Shown here piece after piece: positions 24,201 to 38,000 of a stretch of 64,000 nucleotides of DNA. The notes under the pieces are model-generated. The model saw only the letters and a program-made list of their open reading frames with translations, did not search any database and was not told the origin of the DNA. The stretch spans positions 1,364,001-1,428,000 of the forward strand of contig JAYWIR010000004.1 of the NCBI GenBank assembly GCA_036172245.1, read 5' to 3'. Origin of the DNA: Raillietiella orientalis (lineage: Eukaryota). Positions within the stretch are counted from its first letter, which is position 1. Every line of letters begins with the position of its first letter. A program made the position numbers and the translations under genes.

Positions 24201-27074
24201 TTTGGTTAGGCAAAGTGACCTACTGGCATAATTCACGCTTCAGTTTTTGGCGGCTCCTACTGGTATATCTTTTCCCGAATTATGTCACAGTGGAGCCGTC
24301 CTTGTTCTTAGCTGGCTCTGTAAACAGATTCCAGAAGCAGATGGGAGTTTGCATCATTTTTCGCGGAAATCATGAAACCGGGATGCGTGCGGTGCCATAC
24401 TTGCTGAGTACCGTGGCCATACACTGTTTGCAAGACACTATGGATTTGCTGAACACTTACCGCTCTGTTTTTTGTCTTGGCCTCTCCTTGTCACGCCTGG
24501 CGCTACTGGTGTCTCGGTTAAGTGACCGTTGGACGCGTTGGTTTTTTTTTTTCGAAGCGGACGCGTTACTTCTGATAACCCACGGCCAATCCAGGAAAGG
24601 AAGAAAAAAAAATCAGCATAGTTCTTCCTATTCTGATACTGATTTTGAGAATTTTTCTTTCAACCCGATAGCGCTCGGTTGGGTATTCCTGTTGCCAAGG
24701 AGGGATGTGGAAATCGTTTTTGGCCTGTCGGCGAAAAGCTATCCGTTTTCCTGTTCCTCCTCCAGAACGCAACTAATTTTCGTTTTCGTGACTGACTGAT
24801 TGATTTTAGGTGTGCAGTTGATTTTGTTGGTAGCTTTCTTACAATTTCGTTCTTGGCGCCACGGTCCTAATCCATCGGCAGCGTGTTGCTGAATGCCCGA
24901 GGGTTGGCAGGCGTTGTGTGCCCGGTCACGTACGTCAGTGTGCATCCAGAGAATCCTGGTCGCCGAATTCCTTTCTCTTTCATCCCGGAGCCCTGTGCGA
25001 GCTCGCAGCAATTGTGGCGTGCAAGTGCCCAACAGATTTCGAATTCCGAAAAAGAGAGACTCTGATCTCAGCGGCGCGGCAATTTTCTAAACGGATGTAG
25101 CGGGCGGAAAGCTTTGCTTTCTATGTAGGTTGATCGAAGAACTTTCTAAACAGCAGGCACGGCAGTGCAGATGAGCTGCACGGTCATGTTTGGAATCGTG
25201 GCACTTGGATTCAGCATCGTGTGGACCTGAGATTCGATAAGCAACGACAACAGATGCGGAAGAGCAACAGATACGAAATCCCGTGATTAGTGGACGCAGT
25301 GACTCGAAACGATTGCGTGTGTTTTCTCCAGAGTCAGGTAAAAATGAGAAACACGGTGTGAAAGTTCAAAAGACCGCTCATGCAGTGCTTCCTCTCTCCC
25401 TCTCCCCCCCCATTCCTTCAACAGCCAAAGAAACTGAGCGCCAAGCGAATGCGGACCAAATCTCTGAAACCGGGACAACTCTCTTTCTTGTTTTGAGTCA
25501 TGAGCTGTGGGGACGTTTGAAAAGTAGCTGCCTTGCAGCTGAAGAGATAATCAGATACGGATCTCGAAGAAGTGCTTTGGCTTTCGGTTCCCTCACCCCA
25601 CAAAGAGATTTTCGTTCTGAACAGATGGCGTTGCCCATTAGCAATTGCTGGTGAAATGCGTTCTCGGCTGAAGTGTTCCAGTGACTGACGCGGTCGTTTC
25701 GAAGGCATCCGTAGCTGTGATCTGAGTGCGTGCCGTGACCACCGATATCCGCGTGTGTTGTGACGCTTGAGTGGGAAATACCCCCAGTTTTCATCCTCGT
25801 TGCAACGCGACATGTCTGTTGCATTGCATTGCACAGTTCAAGAGCAGCTGTTCTTTAGCTGGGTCTTTCATGAGTCCGAGATTGACATAGGGGAGCCCTT
25901 CGAATTCCGGTGTTTTTCACTCCAGTCGCAGGTTTTCCCCAATGTCCTTTGCCAGTGGCGCAGGAAATAGTCTAATTGGTGCACGTGCCTGGGAACATCT
26001 GAAAGAACCCTCCGCCAGCCCTCGTCCACTTTCAGCCTGCCCCGTGGAAATCGAAGTTGAAACTAATGCGAGACATGTTGTTTGCTGGCCTTCTATTTTC
26101 TAAATACGTGGTTGGAAGGGGTTGGAAGGACTCGGCTTGATCGTTGGCGTCAAAGCTCACTGAATTTCCTTTTAAAAAAAAAAAGCGTCCCCATATCACG
26201 TTGGTAATAACCCAAAGCAAAGAAGGCATTCTGTGTTGCTGTTGTTCCTCCTGGCCTTGAGATTTTCCGTTGGAATGAAAGTGATGATCCGTGAGCGAGG
26301 AATTTGCGATGAGCTTCGGCATGTGGCAACAGCGTTCTTCGGGATCTTAGATGAGAAATGCACCAGCAAGGAACGCGAATAAATGCTGATATCTGGAATC
26401 TTCCTACTCCTATTTTCCTTCTTTGAAACTTTAATGGTTCCTTTAAAAAATGTGCACAGCAAGTGGGCCTAGTAGCTGTTTTCTTGAGTATTATTATTAT
26501 TATTAAAGAGATTATGATTATCCTGTGCCTGGCGTGTGGGAGAATTCGTATCCGAACGTTCAAAGGTACTTGGATTTTGAAGTGAGATGAAGAACACAAG
26601 TAAACTTTTTTTGGCTTCTCACATGCGAGGATGACCACAAGAAGTAAAGGCATCCTCTGTTGTGAGATCACGTCCTGAACTTTCAAAAGAACTTATCAGC
26701 TTCCATTTGATATTAACATTACCGAGTAAACTGGACTGACTCTTTAGCAAGTAATTGAATCCCCATATTATTATTATTATTGTTATATATGTTTATTTGT
26801 GACATTGGCAGCTCTTCGCCCTGTTTTTATCTGCCTAAAAGAAAATCTGAAATTCTTGCAGTTTCGCTCGTGTTCAAAGCGTGGTCGTAAAGAATCCAAA
26901 ATACTTTCTTTGTTTTGCTTCTTCTTCTTCTTCTTTTCTTCTTGCTTTCATTTCTTTCTGTTTATGGTTGCGGCTATTATTGGATGTTGTCCCAGTATCC
27001 TGATGCTCTAGAATTGAAAACATCTCTCATTTTATTGAATGTTTTTTTTTTTCTCTCTCTCCTCTCTCTCTCCC

Positions 27075-27115
27075 TATATAAAACGCGTGAGCTCAGGTCT
27101 TCGGAGGCTTCAGTT
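27075..27115 (+). promoter_or_regulatory. Candidate core promoter of the GPCR gene (TATA plus Inr-like)
   Basis: TATATAAAA at 27075-27083 and TCAGTT at 27110-27115 (spacing slightly longer than canonical). Followed by a donor GTAAGT at 27444 and an acceptor ending 27693, just upstream of the ATG. Confidence 0.4.
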
Positions 27116-27491
27116 TGCTGATCAAATGCAATGCTCCACTGTGAGCACAATATTCTATGCAAGCAATGTCGATTTCTGTGCTGAGTTTCCTGCCTTCACA
27201 CCGACTTTTGCTTCCGTTCACAAATTAAGCGAGTCGTGCATACAGGCCTTTGCTAAGGCTGTTCACGTGGGACGTTGTCCCGGGTCGGTAATTCGGATCT
27301 CGGGGAGCAATTAATAGTGGTGGTGGTGTATTTGCTGAAAAGAAGAGACGAAGGCGACTGGAGGCGAACGGTGTTTTTGTTCCTTCCTCTATGTCATTAA
27401 GCTGTACGTGTGATGTGTTTCCCGCGTATTTAATATGTAGTTGGTAAGTTGGACGGCTGCTTGAACTGTTTGTGAATGCTGTTTCGACAGG

Positions 27492-27493
<2 letters not shown>

Positions 27494-27527
<34 letters not shown>
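27494..27527. repeat. (GT)17 microsatellite within a predicted 5'-UTR intron (27444-27693)
   Basis: Directly visible dinucleotide run, flanked by GTAAGT and CTTTTCTTTCTAG. Confidence 0.9.
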
Positions 27528-27530
<3 letters not shown>

Positions 27531-27712
27531 TCTTTTACCTGTAAAAGGAAGGGTTTTGTCCTGTCTGAATAATCTGTGGGCGCAACATGTCTACCATGTC
27601 AGTTTTGAAACTTTTGTGGATGATGCGGAAATTGCTCTTGGAATCTCCATGTCGTTTCACCCTGAGATTCACCTGCCTGCCTTTTCTTTCTAGGACTAAC
27701 GCTTAAGAAGAC

Positions 27713-29890
27713 ATGGTGCCAGTGATGTACGTGTGGTTTGCTGTGATCAGTTTCTTGATCCACAAGGAGTATTACTGTGCTGCAGTGACGTACGAAGATC
27801 TTGTTGCCATGAACGTCACCTGCGGAACAAAAGATAATTGCAAAATAACGAAGAACAACAGGATGCTGGACAGAGTGGATTGGAAAGAACGCAACTGCTT
27901 TTGCGACGATCTGTGTGCAACCTACGGCGACTGTTGTGTGGACGCAAAGCTGCACGGCTCTCAACAGCAAATCGATTTTGAGTGCGTTCGTTTGCGTCAG
28001 TTTGGAGGAGTGTACATGAGTAGTAGTTGCCCGCCCGAGTGGCATGACTCGGAGACCCGTAGCCGCTGCTTATCAAATGACCCGGAGGATCCGATGGTCA
28101 GGCTGCCGGTAACGGATCCCCAAACCGGCATCACTTATAAAAATGCTTTCTGTGCTTCCTGCCAAGGAATCAGGAACGGACCCATAATCTGGCATCCTCG
28201 CCTGGAGTGCCCCAAAGAACTCGCCGCGGTTTACAAGCAGAGTGAAATCCTGAATTTATTGCGGTATGACCGCAGTCGGCGCGGCTGGGGAGTTGATTTG
28301 GATGGAGGGAGCATGCACATGTTTCAACAGTGTCGTATCGATCCAGTGTTCCCACCATCCATAGAAATGCATATCCGTAGCTGCTTGAAAAGTGTGGATG
28401 ATTGCCCAGCGAATGACAGTCTCCGTGACGCATGTAGCAGCTACACAGCGTATGTGTACCATAACAGCAAACCGTACCGCAACCCACACTGTGCCATCTG
28501 CCACGACGTACCAGTTGAAGAGTTGCTGTGCCGCCAGCTAACAGCCCTGCGGAGCTCATTCAGCGACGACTTCGACCCTAGCTCGTTCTCCCTGCTGCTG
28601 GATGTGACCGACCTCAGCGGCAGTCCCCTCGTAGGACAGATTGAACCGTGTTTTCCGGGACAGTTATACGATCCCTTCCGCAAAGCGTGCAGGCAAGTTT
28701 TCTGCACGGGAAAAGTCACAGCGTTGGTGGATGGACGCTGCATCGATCTGGAAAGTCCGTCTGGCAGGCACGATCTGTTGAACTGCCCCAAGTTCCGGTA
28801 TCATCCCAAGGAATTCATCATTTTGCCAGATGGAACCGCATATGTGCCAGGTCGGCATCAGCATTTTAATAAGACGAGCTTCCTGCTTGAAGATGCGATG
28901 CACCCAAATGCTACGTCTATGCTAGTATGTGCTGATGGAGTACAGCATGCTGACAAGTTCGACAAACTTATGGGGTACATCTCAGCCGCGGGCATTCTCG
29001 TATCTGCCGTTTGCCTCGTGCTGCACCTTGGTTCAGTAGCATTGCTTCCGGAACAACGGAACACATCTGGTCGATGCTTAGCAGCCCTCAGTCTTTCGCT
29101 GCTACTGGCGTATGTCATGTTCCTCTCGAGTCAGTTTCGATCGATACAGAATTCGCGTCAAATATGTGCAACAGTAGGTGCATTGATGTATTTTTTCTTC
29201 CTGTCATCGTTCTTCTGGATGAATGCCATGGCATTCGACGTATGGCGTACCTTGAAAATTGCATCCTCTGAACTGCGTGTTGCAAACGATCAGTCTTGTA
29301 GAAAGTTTGTTCTCTTTTCCATATACAGTTGGGGGTTGGCAGCAGTGTTCTTATCTCTTACTGAATTCTTGGAATATGGAATGGGATCCGTGCCCCTTTA
29401 TTTACGTCCCGCTTTCGGTGTGTACAGTTGCTGGTTCGGTCATCGACATGCTCTCCTGCTTTATTTTGCCGCCCCTTTAGTTGCCATTATGTTTGCAAAT
29501 CTTTCCTTCTTCCTGCTTAGCTGGCGTATTCTGACGCAAGCTTCAAACAATAATTGCAAAATGCAGGAAGTGCAATCCCAAGGCACTCTTTATGCACGTT
29601 TAGCTATACTCATGGGTCTTGGTTGGATCTGTGGTATTGTGGCTACGTATTTGGATCCGCAGTTGGTGCGCAATTCTTTTCTGTATCATGGCTTTTGGTA
29701 CACCTTCATTCTCATGAATACTTTACAAGGAGCTTTTATTTTTGTGTTTTTCACATGCACAAAACGAACGTGGAAGGCATTAGTAAAGCGCCTGCATCCA
29801 GTCAGAACAGATGGCAAGATTAAGAAAGTACCCCTCTGGAAACAACATGGAGACAAGGAAGATGAAGCATTTATGCATACTCGCTTGTGA
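27713..29890 (+). CDS. Methuselah-like class B (secretin-type) GPCR with somatomedin-B-like Cys-rich ectodomain, 725 aa, single coding exon
   Basis: Hydrophobic N-terminal signal, SMB-like CFCDDLCATYGDCCVD, repeated TYKNAFCASC and YRNPHCAICH motifs, and seven hydrophobic segments with class B hallmarks YFFFLSSFFWMNAMAFDVW, YSWG, CWF, LMGLGW, NTLQGAFIF. Confidence 0.93.
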   Translation: MVPVMYVWFAVISFLIHKEYYCAAVTYEDLVAMNVTCGTKDNCKITKNNRMLDRVDWKERNCFCDDLCATYGDCCVDAKLHGSQQQIDFECVRLRQFGGVYMSSSCPPEWHDSETRSRCLSNDPEDPMVRLPVTDPQTGITYKNAFCASCQGIRNGPIIWHPRLECPKELAAVYKQSEILNLLRYDRSRRGWGVDLDGGSMHMFQQCRIDPVFPPSIEMHIRSCLKSVDDCPANDSLRDACSSYTAYVYHNSKPYRNPHCAICHDVPVEELLCRQLTALRSSFSDDFDPSSFSLLLDVTDLSGSPLVGQIEPCFPGQLYDPFRKACRQVFCTGKVTALVDGRCIDLESPSGRHDLLNCPKFRYHPKEFIILPDGTAYVPGRHQHFNKTSFLLEDAMHPNATSMLVCADGVQHADKFDKLMGYISAAGILVSAVCLVLHLGSVALLPEQRNTSGRCLAALSLSLLLAYVMFLSSQFRSIQNSRQICATVGALMYFFFLSSFFWMNAMAFDVWRTLKIASSELRVANDQSCRKFVLFSIYSWGLAAVFLSLTEFLEYGMGSVPLYLRPAFGVYSCWFGHRHALLLYFAAPLVAIMFANLSFFLLSWRILTQASNNNCKMQEVQSQGTLYARLAILMGLGWICGIVATYLDPQLVRNSFLYHGFWYTFILMNTLQGAFIFVFFTCTKRTWKALVKRLHPVRTDGKIKKVPLWKQHGDKEDEAFMHTRL

Positions 29891-30248
29891 TTCACAACAA
29901 AAGAAATGAAAGCATCGGAACCCCTGATGAAACGGTTCTGATGAAGCTCATAAAACAACTACTTAATTCCTGAATGGAAAAGTGGAGTGCTGCATCTATA
30001 TACTCGGGAGGTATCAAACTGGCATATTTTTGATGCTTGGTTCCCTGAAAGCTGAATGGTTTTTGAATGGTTTTCCACAAGATTCTCAATCACCTGGGCA
30101 ATCTCTGCAACAAATGGCTGTGATAGCAACTTTACAAACAGCAATATGTACAGGGCAACTCATGTATTTGCTAATAACCTCAATGGGATAATAAAGGAAT
30201 ATATCACCCACTCATACAGACATCGAAAGACTAGCATGCAAATCAGAT

Positions 30249-31281
30249 TTATGAATCCAGCACAGAAAGCTGGATGACCTTGTGGCCTGCAAACTCCATA
30301 AACTGAACGGGATTCCCATGGTCTGCGCTACGGCGTGACACTGACAAATCATGTTACTGATAATTCTAGAAAAAAAAACAAAACTTCTTACGTGCATGTG
30401 CGTCTTTTTGCAGGCGATAGGTGGGCATCCCATAACACCGATTGATCACTTCAAACCCCAGTCCATCCAGGCTTGCCAGTGGTGGCTGTATGATGTGAGC
30501 TGTCTCTGATATCATTTCATTATCCACTCTGTAGTCTGCATTTCCCATCATGCGGAAAACATCCATAAGGGAATGTGGAGGAAGCACATAACGGCGATCA
30601 AGAGGCATCACATAACATCTGCCACCAACTTTGTCTACAATGGTAGTCAGGTTCTAATGGAAACATATGGCTGCCAAAATTCGTTTCCAAGATTACTCAC
30701 TCTCCCAAAATCATGTATGAAAGCTGCAGCTCTTCCTCCTAAGCTGTGAGGAACATCAATCAGTTCCTCTGATTCTATATCTGGGTTGAACTCAAGGTCC
30801 TCGTAGAAGAAGCGACGTGGCTTGAAAGTGGCATGTAAAATAGGGGTATCTTCGAGCATTCCTGGAGGATAAGGAACCAAGCACCATCCCTTTAAATTGT
30901 GGAACTGAACATTAAGGGGTAATTAATAGGAGACTATCAGCATGATGGTATATCCACTTACCTTTGCATGATACATTTGCTGATATAGGTAAATGCTGCC
31001 AACTACAGCCATGCCTAATAGCAACAGTGCTGTTAAGAATACACACACCATAGTGGATGCACTAATACGTTGGGCTCTTGCTGCCTGAGCCCTAGTGTGT
31101 AACACAACATACTGCTTAGGGACACCTGATTCCACATCCACCTAAAATACATCTAAAAACACCTATGTTACTCAGTGTCACTTACTGATTTTCCATTCGC
31201 ATCATTTGTCATCAGAGGCTCTTGCATGTCCTGTGATGGCTTCTTTTCTTTTTCATTGGCGATTTTTGTGAGGACTGTCAT
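30249..31281 (-). CDS. ITM2: Integral membrane protein 2 (ITM2/BRI family, BRICHOS domain), 277 aa, 5 exons
   Basis: Exons 31281-31186, 31141-30962, 30904-30701, 30653-30392, 30340-30249 join in frame through GT-AG introns. The protein has an MTVLTK start, one TM helix, GRAAAFIHDF-NLTTIVD-RCYVMPLDR BRICHOS core, a second Cys (NRCYGMPTYRL) and a furin-like RRS before the C-terminal peptide. Confidence 0.93.
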
Positions 31282-34200
31282 TTTTGATCACAAATTTTCA
31301 GATTAACTTCTATGCAGGCGTTTTTATATCCTTAATTAACAAATATTCTTATTAACAACAAGTATATAGGTTGAAATCAGGCAAAAACAAACTTTTAAAA
31401 TTCAATGTAACAAAACACATCACGTCTCTTGGCACAAAGAACGTATTGTTCGTAACCCCTAAGTTGATTTATAAAATCGCATGAATGAACGCAATTTTTT
31501 AAACAGACCCCAAAATCCTTCGTTTCAAATACACACTACCACATCAAATGTTATGTGCTGCTTGATGGAATCACTCCCTTATTATTGATTTAAGCCTTCC
31601 TTCCCTGCATATTTTCTGATATGAGTTGCAAAATGAAAGAATAACAACAACAAATAAATGGAGTAGTCAATTACGAAAATACAAGTAAAAATGACCAAAC
31701 ACTCGATTTTTAACTGCTCATAAAAAAAAAAAAAAAGCATTACAGCTTAATCATTCATCGGATTTACATTTTCCTGTCTGACAATAATCCTATACGACAT
31801 AAATTCAAAAAACTTTCCAAGGGAAAACGCACCTCGGATCCCTTACATTCTCATTATTCCATAACAACTGCACTTTTGTTTTTCGGAAATAACGCTTTAA
31901 GAAATCTTTTACAAATCAAAATAAGCACACAAAAACTTACGACTGTCTGTCTACGCGGAAAACTAGCAGGAACATAAGAACGAATCTCTACAAATTCAGT
32001 TTTGCTTTCAAGAAATTCCTCGTATCAGCAATTGCGACACACCCCAAATGTTATTAAGCAAGTAATTATGCTTTCTGTTGGGTTTGTGCTGAACAATTTC
32101 GATTCACTTTTATCTTGGGGATGCTAAGCACTATGTAGCCAGTGCGTAGGAAACAATCAATAGCCACAACAAATGAGATTATCATAAAAGGCTCGCATGA
32201 AACTAGAATTTTAGATTACGTTTTTTTTTTTTTTTTTTTTTTGAATATTAATGCATGCTGGCTCAATCTTCCTTGATTGCAACGGATCAAAAAACTTCAC
32301 ATTCAAGGGAATGCATTAGAAATTCAACTAATTAAGCAAACAGAAGGAAATAATCGAGGCCGATTTTCAACGCACGTGTACGGATGGGTACGGATTGTAC
32401 AAAAGCAGTGACAAAAAAAAAAATTACAATTGCAATAATCACAATACGGTTTTAGAATGATAACTAGCTGACTACTTACAACGATGTCATTTCTTACTTC
32501 CAATCTCGAGAGGAATGGGAAGAGGGATTCTGCCTATATGCTCACTCTGCCTGTTGGTGCTGTAAAGATATATTTCAGCTTCACACTTACATATTAATAA
32601 TAATTCGTGCGTTGAAAAGTAGACCAACGCAATGTAAACAAAACTGTGAGGAATGAAATGTGCAGGACCAATTCAGACGTGGTTACAAAATGCATTAGCT
32701 ATTAGGAAGAAAAGCATGAAATCAATTGACCTCCACCACATGGAAAACTCAACTCTTCGGGGGAATCGCATAGGATCGAAAAAACAGTGAGTAGCATTCA
32801 GCAATTCTGGAAACACTCATTAGTTGAACCCACAGGAAAACGGAAGCTGCAGAAGACGAAGAACAAACCTATATCTCTGCAACTTCAGAAAGGCTGCTGA
32901 AATACTAATGAAGGAAAGCACGACTGATGAAAGAGCTTAGCATTGATTATTGATTTCAATACTGTTGGTCTGGATTGTTCTTGATTACTCCATGAGAAAC
33001 TTGGGGAGGAAACACACGAAAATTTATAGGTGTTGACATTCATTCAATCTAAAAGGTTGCCCCCACAAAAGAACAAATGAACAGCATTGGAAGTTCTCTG
33101 ATGATTAAGCCAGAATCGATGAAAACGAAACATAGAAACCAGGAAACTTTTTAGTAGTCCTTGAAGTCATGATCTAATAAGCATCGGATACGTTTTCTCT
33201 CGAAAACAGTCCTTCCGTACCTACGAGCGGAAAAGGAAATCTGACCAACATACTTAAGCCGTACGGGACGCAATTATAAATCCTATCGAAATTTTAAACA
33301 AGTTATGCACATGTGGCATTTGCTGGGCCAGAAGAAAACTCCAGACGACATTCGTCCATTTTCGAGCTTGCCACGTCAGTGTTACGGGATGGCATACTTT
33401 GCATGGGTCGACCTACGTCCAATGTACCTCACAACAGGAAAGCAATGTAATTAAGTAGAAAGCAGGCTCCATCAAGAATTGAATACGTATTCGAATACAG
33501 CGATATTTTAGGTGTTTTGTATTCTAAGCACAACGCATACAGTGAGTCACAAAGTTCTTTGCGTCAACTCGAGACAATGTCCTCTAAAGGAAAGTTAAAA
33601 ACGGGCGATTCAGTGCGGAAAACCGTTTTTTTTTTTTTTTTCGAAAACGACATCTTCACGATTTCTACTTGGTGAAGAGCGAGCCACTCGAGGAAATGGG
33701 GGGCAGAGGAAGAAAAAAGAACGGATAATCACGCACGCTTCACAAAAACAGGCACATTTTGTTACAGTGAAAATGGATTCCTGATTCTGCTGCTAAATTG
33801 TTCCCTACGCATAGATCATGGAGTAGTAAAACGGAAATATGGAACGACGAGACCCACGCAGAAGTCTTTGCATTCATCTTTTAAATGTAATAACCTACAT
33901 GATTACGTTGTAGGTAGATGACGGATGTATGAAGCAAAAAATAGGGAGCACTGATCTCATGTTGAAAAATGCGAAGACAAACATGGATCTATGCGCCATG
34001 GAAGAAAACATTCAATGCTATAAGGACATTTACAAGGAAACCTGGGATCCATTTTTCTAGGTACAACATTCTTAACAAAATAAAACAACGATCGATTTCA
34101 GATAGCAGAATTTGATTAGTCCTTTGCGCTGCGACTAAATGGAAAACTAATCAAAGGTTACCTGACGTAAAACTAGGAAAATTGAGAACGTGAAGTGTGT

Positions 34201-35087
34201 TGCAAAACAGAAATAATTCACAGAAAAGAGCAGCATCAATGCTGCAAACATGCTGATAAGCAACCAGTAAGTGAGACAACAGGAATGATAGGATATCTTG
34301 TCATCCATTTCCGCAAGTAATGCGTCGCAAACCAATGTTTATAGATGATCGTCTGCAAATCGAAGTAATCTTTCGATTTATAGAGATTTAATCATAAACA
34401 TTACCAAACTGTAAACATTGAATACTGGTTATAGCAATAATTCGAACAGCTTGGGGCGATCATTATGTACAATTATGTATGCATGTGTACTCTATCGTCT
34501 TTATATATACTGTATCTAAGAAAAATCACTTAGTCACCGTGAAATGAACTCAAAACATTGGTAGAGAGACTTCAGAACGTTTTACGTGGAAAAATTAAAA
34601 TATGCAATACAGTGCTGATTCATGTATGATGAATATTTTTCTGTATAACAATTTAGGACATAACTCAGAACTATGATCCCTTACATCATCTAGGAATCCT
34701 TCAAAAAATCGCATTATTAGGATTCGAATGGAATCTTCTGAATATTGAAATAACTGACATTCGAGTAAAGTTTTCTAGAAAACATGGCTGCGACAAACGG
34801 GTGAACACCATTGGCAGCGACTAGAAAAGTTTCCCCTAAAAAAAAAATGCCTGCAAATGTGTTTCCTTCTAAATATGTTACTCAAATACACAAAGATAAA
34901 ATGTCACATCAAAATGCTTTTGCTTGGGAGACGTGCTGTTTAGAATGTACAGCATGTCAGTTTTCAGCATTACGCATAACTTCAAAGCAAGACTTCTACA
35001 CGGAAACTGTATTGAGCACCAACATATATGCATAGACATACAAAAAAAGCTTCAGTTTTTGTCGGTAGGGAATTACAAATGAATGAG

Positions 35088-38000
35088 CTAGTATCCCAGA
35101 AGACTTGGAGCATCAGGGAACATCTCTCCAACAGTTGAGTATGTTTCTTGGTTGTCTTCGTAGACTCTTTCCTTTTCTGTTAGCGCTTTATTTATGCGAA
35201 ACTTGATATCCTTTAAACATTCTAAACATTTGATGGATTCGATCAGTCTATCATTCATTTTAGAAATACCATCTCTATGTTTATGAACTTCTTCTAGCAA
35301 TCTGGAAAACAAAACAAAACAAAAGAAAATCAGCAGAATAAGAAACAGACGTACGATGACTGCAGCATGATTAAATTTTCTGAAACATTCTCGCAAAGTG
35401 TGATAACCAGAATAATTAATGTTTAGAATTTTTTACTGCAATTTTCGGGCTCAACGAACCTTAAAGTATGGACTGAAAAACAGAAGTTCGGGTAAATGCA
35501 ATGAAAGAAAGCCATTTAAGCTTCTGTTCAACATGTGCATGAAGCAATACAGACTTCATCCGAGTAAGAAGAGTCATTCAAAGAGAAACTTCAAACCCAG
35601 TATATTTTTCCTGGAAAAAAAAATGTATATATGCAATCCGAATAACAAAATCAGAATTATTACTAAAGAGTGACTACTCAAACATGTGGCATTTACGAAT
35701 TCGAATCATATGAGTTCCTGAGATGTTTATGAAGTGTTGCAAGAGTGATTTCGATCTGCTGTTTTCCCTTACCAATTGCCTTGCCCATACGCGTTACGTT
35801 TTTCATATCTTTTCCCTTGAGATGTTAGCGACCAAGAGACACTAGCTGTACAGAGCCAAGCGGGAAACGATTAATACTTAAAGACTTACAAGAAGCAAAC
35901 TTTTTTGGTATATTGCCTTTGTCGACTGGGCTACGATTAATGGTTATACGGAGATTTGTGTGTTAGTAAATGCTGTTCAGAAAAAGAAGGGGGGGAAAAA
36001 AAAAGAAAACGCACGCGCGCACACACACACGAAGCCGTTCAGTTGCCAAGGGAGTTTTTTGCTATATGCTGAAACTACGATCATGTGCTGCTAGAGGTGC
36101 GAAAAGCTTTTAACAGCCGACTTTTCACATACGCTACTGACAACCACACTCGTTAACGTGAGGTTCTGTGGATCTTATTATTCATTGGGTAAAAAATTTC
36201 CAAAAGTGCATTAGAAGTACATTATTTGTTCACCCCATTGCAAATGTCGTTGCAGAACTTTTTAATTTTAAAATATTTGCAAACTTGAATTCTGATGTTT
36301 GAAGTTTGGAGTACCTTCCATCATGAGTGTGAAAAAATAGATCTAGATATATACATTTGTAACAGAAAGTAATACAGATATCTTCAACAATGATGTATTA
36401 TTGGTTTCTAATTTAGAAAAATGTATGGGAACTTACAAACAGCTGGAATCAAATCATTACAAACAAGACTACTGAAAATGAGTCATATGTAAAAAGTCAA
36501 AGGCGAATTGGCAGTTTAATTCACATTTTGTGTGACCAACTGTTAATTCTCCTTTGACTCCTGAAGCAGTCAAAAACAAACCAACTTGACTTTCCTCCTG
36601 ATGGAGGAGAATGCAATCGTTTCGTATTTTGTGTCGGGAAAGCTGTTTTACATACTTCATCATCGACATATTTAATGCAAATTAACTCCATCAACTGATG
36701 TTTTCAAAATAAAACAGGTAGTAATGAGTCTCAAAAATCATTTTCCCTCCCCCCCTAGATTTCCGACAAAACTGATGGTACAGTTCTTCAAATCACTTCC
36801 AGAATAAACCAGAAATCTTTGTAAGCAAATACTTGAATTTCAATTCATGGTAAACAAATATTCAAAACTCATTTTGAGGCTCAAAAAACAAGCATATCAG
36901 TTTCAAAGATTTGAAAAGTTTCAAAAATTTCGAATCCTAATAAATTGTGGACACTACACTACGTTATTTACGATACCTGGAAGTTTTCCCCAAGAGTATC
37001 AACAGATAGAGTTACTTCGTGAAAATAGAATTATGAGGGAAGTCTCATAGTTACGACACTATGATGAAATAGAAAATAAGGCACACAATCCGCGTAGTTT
37101 TAGTTTGTTTAATCATGTTGAGCAAAGAGTCTTAAAAAATTTCACTTTCTTGAATAAAACACAAATGAAAAACTGCATGGAAATAACTGCATGCATATAA
37201 AAGAGGATTGTCAACTGGAATCAGAAGCATAGCAGGAAAATAAGCTTTATGGTGCAGTTAACGAATTCGAACTGATTATCTAAAAAAAAAAAAAAAAATG
37301 AAAGGAAAGTTCTAATAGTTTTCATAATCCATAAGAGTGAATTCGATGGGAAAGTTTCCAAGAAATTTTATGTTGGAGACCTCCTTCAGCATATAATAAC
37401 TCCAGTCTCGCCTACCTTTCCCTTGCTTCATCAGCGGCACTCTCACTTGATGGCTTTTGTTGTCTGATGGAGAGTCTGACCTCAGCAGTTTGAACAAAAG
37501 GTTGCAAATCAGCGATAGCGAGCTTCAAGCTTTCTATGGAGTTTTCCGTATTCCGAACCAACACCATGAGCTTGTATAGAACTGAGGTCCCATTCGTCAG
37601 CGTGAAATCCTACCGGTTGATACTGGCTTCTCAGTTGACAGGTTTCTTTCCTTATGTCTTTTATTTCATCCAACAAAACGGTCTGCGTCCTTTCTTCACT
37701 AGTTGATAGATCGTGCCGTATACAAGACAGTAGTTCATCGGTCATCTGTCGGAAATTCTTCGATGCCTCACGGGTTTTCTTCGCTAAACTCAAGGTCCTT
37801 TCTGTGCAGCTTAGGATCCAGTCTTCAGTTTGTGAGCTGTAAAGAAATTTACTGTGAAATAGACAGCAGCTTCAAAATATGGAAAATGGCAGCAAAAGCT
37901 GATGTGACAAAGCTCTAGGGCTTTTGCTTTCCAAGCAAAAAACAAAAAAGGTAATCTTTGAATAGAATGGAAGAATAGGACTGAGAACAAACAAAGGAAA

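Noticed and set aside
24176..24799. 207-aa ORF upstream of the GPCR
   Set aside because: No recognisable motifs, non-ATG start and homopolymer runs. It looks like non-coding sequence.
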